Shown: piece by piece, positions 8,513 through 17,500 of the stretch | Layout: every line of letters begins with the position of its first letter | How positions within the stretch are numbered: position 1 is the first letter of the stretch | Virus record (IMG/VR): IMGVR_UViG_3300032320_000771 | Length of the DNA stretch: 64,000 nucleotides | Direction: 5' to 3' (one strand) | DNA from: an uncultured virus (IMG/VR IMGVR_UViG_3300032320_000771) | Taxonomy: Duplodnaviria > Heunggongvirae > Uroviricota > Caudoviricetes | Translations under genes and position numbers: made by a program | The notes under the pieces: model-generated | Database searches by the model: none | What the model was told of the DNA's origin: nothing | What the model saw: the letters and a program-made list of their open reading frames with translations, nothing else

Positions 8513-11500
8513 TTATTCACATTTAAATGGATCTTCTTCTAAACCTAATTGATCAAGTATTTCTTGATCTGTTAAACCTTCTGCAATCTCTGTTCTTTTC
8601 TGCATTTCATTATACATTGCTGAGCCTGGATTTATATATCCAAAAGCATCAAACAATCTAGTACTTAAATATACAAATAATTCTTGAGGCATCAATGCAG
8701 GATCTCCAAAACCTGTTTCTGGAAATGCAATTGGTGTAAATTTAGTCTGCCCATCATTGATACTTTGAATATGTGCAATTTCCTCTTCCCATAATCTCAT
8801 AACTTCAGCATATGCTTGTTTAGGAAGATTTTGGAAATTATCACCTAACTTAGTTAATGAAGTTGTAATATTCATTGTCATATTACCGGCAAACTTATCT
8901 AACTCTTGCTGACCACCAAAGTTCTTTTTCTTGTTGCTATAAGTTTCATTTACATTGTTTCTTACAAATACAACAGTTTGATTTGCGTCAACTAATTTTT
9001 CATAGAAATCTTTATCACCTAATTGATCTTGGTACTGAAATACATTTGTTCTATCAGTTTCTTTTAGCTCAAATGGTGTATCTTCAGTTTCAGTAGGTTG
9101 AGCAATACGTGTTTCAGTAGGTTGAGTTGTAACTTCAGGATTTTTACCCCAATAATTGTAACCTTTAGAAGTTTGTCCTGTGGGTACTCCAAGACCTTCT
9201 TGTACTAAAGCTTCTCCAGATTTATTCCAAGATCTATTTGCATCAGCTGTAGAATCCATTATAACAGTTCCGCCATTCTCAAGAACTTCTCTAGCATTTT
9301 CAATTGTTTCAAATATAGCTTTTTCTGTAGCTTTATTGTTACCATTAACACTTACAAAAGCTATTGTAAATTCATCTAGTATACCGTCATAATTTGTTAA
9401 TATTCCAGCTTTTTTAGCATCTTGTTCATATTGATATGTACTAGTACCTTTTGCACCATAACCAATAAAGTGATTTGCTAAACTAGCTTTACCTTGATCC
9501 TTACCTTTTTTATCTACAGATAATTTAAAACCAATAAAACCAAAATCATCTTCAGTAGGTTGAGTTGTAGGTAATAATTTTTGTTGAGCAAGTTTTAATC
9601 CTTCTAGAAAAGCTTTATCAATAACTTCATTTGTATTATGTGTAAACTTTTCATATTGCAAAAGTTTTTTAGTTGCTTCTGAATTTAGATTTTGAATAAA
9701 AGACTCTACAACTAAATCTTTCATAAGTTGAAGATTATCAAATCCTTTAGTAACAGCTTTCCCTCTTATTTTAGTTCCATATCCTCCTGCTTTTACATAT
9801 TTATCATATGTAATTTGATCAAAACTTCCAGATTTTAATGATTGGTAAGCATGTTCTACACTACCATACTCTTTACCTTGATAAGTAAATTTACGTGGTG
9901 CTAGATTAGATAAAATTTTGGTAGATGTTGCTGACTCAGCTTGTCCCCAATATACATTTATAGTTCCCTTTGGTTTAACACTAGTAGATGGTTGAGAAGC
10001 AGCTCCAGTAGGTTGAGTATCAGGAATAACATTTTTAAATGTTTCAAAATCTATATCCATAAGGTAATCTTTGAATCTACCTTTGTTGATATTTTTACGG
10101 CTGTTTACTGAAACAAATTTTTCAAAAAACTGGTCAAGTATATTATTACCGTCTAGTGCTAATGCTGTAGTAAAGGATTCAGACTCTGATTTCATAACAT
10201 CTAAGAAGTTAGTAAAGTCTACAACATTTGTATAGCTTAATTTACTCTTATTAAGACCCGTTTGTAGGAATGCAAAGTTAGACATTAATGCAAACATATC
10301 ACTAATTCTGTCATTCTCATCTTTATCAGCTACTTTCATAACTGATCTATCTGCTAGATTTCTTAGATTCTGAGTATAAACATTAGCTTTATCTGTATTC
10401 ATATCCTTATCAGCAAGATAAACATTAAATACAGTTTTTGTTTTATCAGAATCTAGCTTTAAAACATTAAGTATATCATAGCTGTTTAATAAATTGTCTT
10501 TATGATCTACTAAGAAGTTATTATATCTTGAAGCTAATGCGTTATCCTTGTCCATAAATAAATGGTAGAAGTTATATACATTGTCTAATGCTTTATTAGT
10601 AATGTATCTTTCATAGATAAATCTTCCGAGTGTTCCACCATCTACATCAGGGTTAGCTTCATATAAATCTAAACCTTCTTTTCTAAACCAAGATTTGTTT
10701 ACCATTTCCGTAATGGGATATTCTGATCTTAGAAACTCTCTTTCTACAACAAACCTTGTATATAATTCAAAATTAAGTTTACCATTCTCCATGAATGTAC
10801 GTGGATCTAATGAGTACATATTTCTATTCTCATAGCTATTGTCTTCTTCCGATCCTCTTACCCATGCTTCTGATTCAAATTCTTCTTTTAAAGTTTGTTC
10901 ATCAATGTACATGAACTTAGTACCATCTTTGTTTGCCTTAACAAAGGCACCTCTACTCTTTAATTCAGAAGCTAATGCTGTAGGTATTTCTTTCTTAATG
11001 GTATAAGACATGTAACTGTCTTTGATTTTATATTTTCTAATAGCATTCTGGAAGATCATACTTATTATGTCATTTCTGAACATAGTAATAAATGTATCTA
11101 TCTTTCTTTCCCCTAGTAATTTGTTTGAAGTTTTTCTAAATATTTGTGAATTCTCAATAATGTAGTCACTAATATATTTGTTATATCTTAATTTAAATAG
11201 AGGTCTGATTACAGCAAGAGACATTGGACCATTAAAGAATGAACTAATGATTGAATCATTAAGCATTTTAGTTAATAATTCTTTTGGTATCTTAGTTTCA
11301 TTTGATAATTCATCTATAGCAGCTTCACTTAATTCTATTTCAGAACCAGTAGTTTTTGTAGATGTATCAGGATTAGATGAAAGTTTTAAAGCTGTTAATC
11401 CTGTAATTTGTTGTTCTATTTCTAAAAAGTGTAAGAACATTGCTTTTGCAAGATCACCTTCTTCTGTTGTCAGTTTACCATTATTTTTTGAGAAATTTTC

Positions 11501-14500
11501 AATAAGTGATAACATCTCACGTTCTGTAAATGCTTGTTCCTTTCTATCAGATAGATACTCTTCTGCTAATTCTACACCAGTATCATATATTACTTTAGAC
11601 TTAGCCTTACTTGCTAATTCATTTCTATCAAAATATTTTGCAATAATTCTACTAGCTGCTTCTGATGAAACTGCAGATGGGTAGTCTGCTTTTTTACCTA
11701 ATACTTCTGCATATGTTGATTTTGCTAAAGTCTTCTCTTTAATGTATTCTACAACAAGTGGATTAGATACAAAGTAAATAGCTTCCTTAACTGGTACTCC
11801 AGTTTTTAGTAAGTACATTAATGTAGGTGCAGTTTCATAGTTTCCTTGTATAAAGAAAATCCAAGGATCTTTTTCAACATCCACCCAACCATTGATAAGC
11901 TGTGCTAAAATATCTGCTACTTTATGTTCATTATCAACATCTAAAATATTAGATAAAGAGATGTGGTCTTTACCATCAACTTTCATTTTATGATGTCTTA
12001 AAAATAAATGTGCACTTCTATCTTCTACAGTTTTACCTACTATATGTTTATACTCATTAGGCATATATGCACCCAATGTGTTAAAGATTACATTGAATGT
12101 ATTTTCAATAGCACCCAAACCTAAAGTTCTTTTACCTACAATATTAGACTCATGCTTATATACATTATACAATGTCTCAAGAACTCTTGTAGGGCTTATG
12201 ATTTTTTTATCTTTATTTTTTGGGTCTATATTTTTTTCCGTCATCTTATTAGCATACGGATTATACTTCATCACATACTGAGCAAGTTCAGCAGCAATTG
12301 GCTCTAAAATATAGTTACTGTTAGGCGTAATTAAAGATGAATAACTCTCAGGTAATTCAAGAATTGATACCATACTTTCTATGATTTCATTTTCTAATCC
12401 TGCTTTTTGTTCAGCAAAGAACATATCCATTTCACCTATTGATGCATTATCAGATTTTAGGCTGTTATATTGATCTTTAAACTCATTATAAGTTTTATAG
12501 TTTGCCTTTTTAACTTTACCATTTTCATCTAAGTTAGTCATGAACAAGGTAAGTTTATCAATATCAAAGTCAGCTCCTGACTTAGCAACAATCTCTGCTG
12601 GTGGTATAATAATATTTCCAGCCTGTGGTGGTAAGAAATGATATACTTCAGCAAATTCCATAGAGTTAAGTCCCTGAACCGGAATCCTAGGACCAACTAA
12701 TGTTATTGCTTTTCTGTTAGCTTCATTATCTGCATCTAACCAAGCATCATCTTTTATTTTTTCATTTAGTCTAGCTAATGAAGTATCCATGTCTAGTGTA
12801 CCATCTTGAAGGTATACACCAATAGTTTCTCCTTTTGAGTATTCTAGATTAAATAGTTTTACATAATCACCCTGCATAGAGATCATAATTTTCATTGCTG
12901 CAGTAAAGCCATTTGCTTTTTTGTGATATGTTGGTAAGAAATTAGTCCCTACATATTTTTTAATAGCAGCATCTATCTCTTTCTTTTTATAAGAAAATTC
13001 ACCTGGAGTTTTAGCATAATCTTTAAAGAAAGCAGAAGACATTTGTACTAATGCTTCTCCTTTTACTTTTTGCTTAATTACTTTTTTATTTATTATTGAT
13101 AAAAGTAATTTTTCAATTTTAGCAGACTCCGGGTGGAAAGATAAATCATTTACAAGTGAATTATCTTTTTCATATACATCTATGAAATCTATTAGATTAT
13201 CACTTAGTAAATCATCTTTCTCTAAGTTAGCTCTAATTACACTTGTTAGTTTTTCCATACTAGCACTACTAGTAGGAATATACTGACCGTCTACTTCTTC
13301 ATAACCTAGTTGATTTAATAATTCTAGTTTGTGAAGATTTGTTAAAAACTCAACTCTTCTAATATATTCATTTGCTCTTTCGGTAATTAGAGCTTTGTTC
13401 TTTGTATTTTTTATTTCTCCATTTTCATATAGACCTTCAAGAATCATCTTTCTAATCTGAGTAGAGAATATAGTAACACCTTTGTAAGATGAGTTTATTT
13501 CTGTTTGATTTTTAAGATACTCAGCATAAATTGTATTTGGAGTAAAAGTAACTTTATCATTAAATGAACCATCTTCATTAAAGACATTATCACCTTTACC
13601 AATATGAGCTACTTTAGATCCTGTTTCAAATGTTACATAGTCTATTTGTTGTTCTAACATTTTAACTTGTAAATCATAAAGTTGATCTCCTGGTTTAGCT
13701 AATCCTGGCACTAATGGTGCAAGTGAGAACTTATGGAAAGATGTTACTGGAAGACCTGTTGATTCTATATTTCCAAAGTACTGTAATTTATATGGAGGGA
13801 AGAATTGAATAGAGTCTTCTAAAGTAATGTTTTCTCCTCTAGAAACTTTTTTATAAAGATCTTCTTGTTGATCTGACCAATTACCTTCTAACCATTTGAA
13901 GTTTCTGTATGCTTCCAGAGTCACATAACCTTGACCATCAGCCACTTTCATATTTTTATATTCACCTAATACCTTTTCTGCAATTCTTTTAGCTTTAGCA
14001 GCATCTCCGTATCTTTCAGTATAAGTTTGAGTTAACTCTTTAAGATACTCATTATAGTATACGGATGTTAGTTTAAATTCTTTCATGATGGCAGTTTTAA
14101 ATGTACCATCATACTTTCTATATTTTATTTTATCCTTTTCTGATCTAGTTTGATTTAAGAAATCAATGTATACTTTTGGAAGCATGTTATTTACAAACTG
14201 CATTGCAAGAGCATCAGCTCTAAAACCTTTACCTCCAGAACCTAAACCAGCATTTCTTTTATGGAACTCTTCTTTTTTATGATTGTATTGTGCTAGATCC
14301 CCATATGCAAGAATAACAGTTTCATACTTATGAATAAATGAGTTGTATGTATATGCTTTAGTTAAAAGTTCATTTACATTTTCTCCTTTTTTAAAGTATT
14401 CAGCAGCTAGAGCCGCATCTACATATTCATTTTCCTCAAGTCTTTCAAAGTTTTCTCTGGTTAATAGATTAAAATATTCAATGATATCTCCTTCTACCTC

Positions 14501-17500
14501 ATCTCTTAACATGATGTCTTCATTTAGTATATCCATCATACTAAAATCTGTTTCATTATTATCTACTGCATCCTCAATAATTTTGTATAATTTTTCTTGA
14601 GTCTCTTTAGTAAGAATGTCATCAAATAAAGTAAAAGCTTCACCGGCCATTACCTCTCTATCTAATTTATCAGTAACCTCCTCATTGTAACCAGCATAGT
14701 TCTGGAACTTTTCTTTATCACTTTTAAATCTAAAAATTCTAAGAGCTTCTCCTGATAGGTAACCCATCATTATTTTTGCTCCTTCAATTTCTCCATCTCC
14801 TCCTTTTGAGAATGCATCAATATCTATATATAAATGTTTGCTTTTGTTTTTATTTTTTCCAGCATAAGTTTTAATTTCAGTTTCTTTACTTACAGTAAGA
14901 CCCATTGCCATATTTTTAGAGGCATGTCTCATGAATTCTTCAACGCCATTTAACAACATTGTGTGGAATTCTTGTAAGTATTTAGATACAGCATCCATAG
15001 AAGATGTATTACTTCCTGATGTATCATCTTGATCTTTACTTATAAACTGTGTACCTGTAATATTTTGAAGAAGTAGTTTAGCATTTTTCCTTTTTGTACC
15101 ATATTGTTCTGGTTTTCTAGGATTAAACTTCATATAAAAAACACTGTTTAGCAATTGTGAAAACATAACCTGTGTATTGTTGTCTTTTGCTAACCAATGC
15201 ATATGTTTAAACATTGGTGATGTTGTAAGTTCTTGGTATGTCTCAGCTTTATTAATTGATGTTACTACTCTTGTTATAGTGTTATCTACAAAGTGTTCCC
15301 ACACTCTATTTCTTTCAGCATTAAGAACACTGAAGTTAGAAAAGCCATCTGAAAATTCATTTTGAATTTCTGCTAAAACTCTTATCCTACCCTGTACATC
15401 AAAACTTTCATTTTTATCTGTACGTAATTTTACATCTAAACCTTCAGCTAAATACTTCAATGGGTTTCTTCTAAATTCATCTTTAGCAAGTTCATTAGTA
15501 GATTGGTTAACTACTTTTAATGCATCCAACATTATATCAAGACCAAACTCATTTGCAAAGTTTAGTTTCTTGTTATAAACAATATTATATATTGCCGGAC
15601 TTGACAAATCCATTTCTATACCCAATGCTTTTAAGAACTCAACTGAGTCTTTAGCTGTCATGTTTTTCCGCTTACTGAATCTTTGAACAACTTCATTAAG
15701 CTTTAACATGTTATTATCTGTACCAGGTTCCTTTTCAAGGTATTTATTTATACCCGGATCCCCTAAAATAAAGTTTGATTCCCAAGCACTAGTAACGGCA
15801 TAGACATCCATACTAGCTTTAGATAGTTTTGTTTGATATTTATCTTTATCAACCTTATCAATATTTAATTGAATGTATCTAATTCTTGGCTTCTTAAGAT
15901 CTTGCCAAAAGTTAGTTTCAACTCTATACTCAATTGGATTTTTATAACCTCCACCTTCAATGTCTATATGTGCCATTTGAGGTAGAAGATTCATTAACTG
16001 TTCAAGTTCTGGATAGTTCTCAATGTTATCTGAAATTCTTTGGTACATCTCATAGATATCATATGAACCTTCTAGAATTTTAGCAAGTCTGTTCCACATG
16101 TCATGGACACTTTCTAATTTAGGTAATCCAAAGAAGTCTTTTTCATATGCTACAGAGCCATCTTCATTTCTTACTACTTCACCTTTAACTTTTAAAGGCT
16201 TGAATATTCCAGATAAAAGCATTAATGTTTCTTCACTAGCTAACTCTTTTGATGAGAATGAATTACCACTTGCATCTTTAAATTGTTTTAAAGCCTCTAT
16301 TGAAGTTGTATCTTCTATTTCATTATAAGATTCTTTAAGGGTTGTGAATCTAGATTTTTTTAAGTGGTAGGCTACAATACCGCTTTTTTGTTTGCCTTCT
16401 ATGGATTGACTAATATCCCCATAATTAGTTATGATTTTGGATAAAAGGTCAACAATGTTTTTTAGTTTTATTTCTTGAGCTGCTAAATCAACATCAACTT
16501 TTTCTGTGTTTAAATTTTTTAAAGCTGTTGTTTTATATTCATCAAGATAATATTCTTGTAGCTCTAAAAATTTATCATAAATGTTTTCGTAAAGTGCAGT
16601 TCTATTTTTTAAACTTTTTGTAGTTTTTAAATACCCAATGGTAGTATCCGCCTGAATGTTATAGTTTTGAAATTCTCCAGCTGATAAAGCATCCATTGCA
16701 TTTGAAATTAACATGCTTTCATCTGCTGTAAATTCTACTACATTTTTGTTAGCTTTAATTGGTTGAATATTTCTATCTCCTCTATTTAATTTAGTGAACC
16801 TTACATTTTGAGTTGAAGCATTTAAGCTTTGGAATAGTCCTTTTTTAATAGCTTCCTCTGGTTTGTTTGTTCTAAGTACATCAAACATCTCTCTTACTCT
16901 AGGAATGTCTCTTGGACGAGTCATGTCCTTCCTTGTTATTCCTCCATAAGCCCATCTTAAAAAGTCACTAATTTTTTGAAAAATGTTAGCTAACCAAGTA
17001 GGGAGGGATTCTTTAAACTTCTCAGACTTCATAAAAGATCTAAAGTCTTCTGCAATGTCCTCTTCTATATCAAAGTATTCAGCATCTTTCCATTTATTTA
17101 CTTTCTTAACTTGCTCATATAAATTTTCTTGTTCTTCTTTAGTTAAGAATAACTGTGTAAAAGCGTGCCATGCTTCATGATATATATCAATATTGTTACC
17201 ACCTTTCCATAAAGTAATACTTGCATTCTCAAATGTAGCTACTGCATCAGAGTTAGCTACTTCAGTTAGTCTTTGTAATAAAGCTATCTTATCTTTATTA
17301 TCTATTTTTACTTGTGATAAAAAAGAGTTTTCCCACCAGTCTAATGCTTTATCTTTTGCTTTCTTAGTAGTAAAGATTTTATTAAGGAAGCTGTTTAATT
17401 TTGCACTTCTTTCCAAATAAGAACTTCTACCTGGTTTTTTTAAAATATCTGTAATAGAATTTTGTATACCTATTACATCTTGTTTTTTTGGTGGTTGTGG

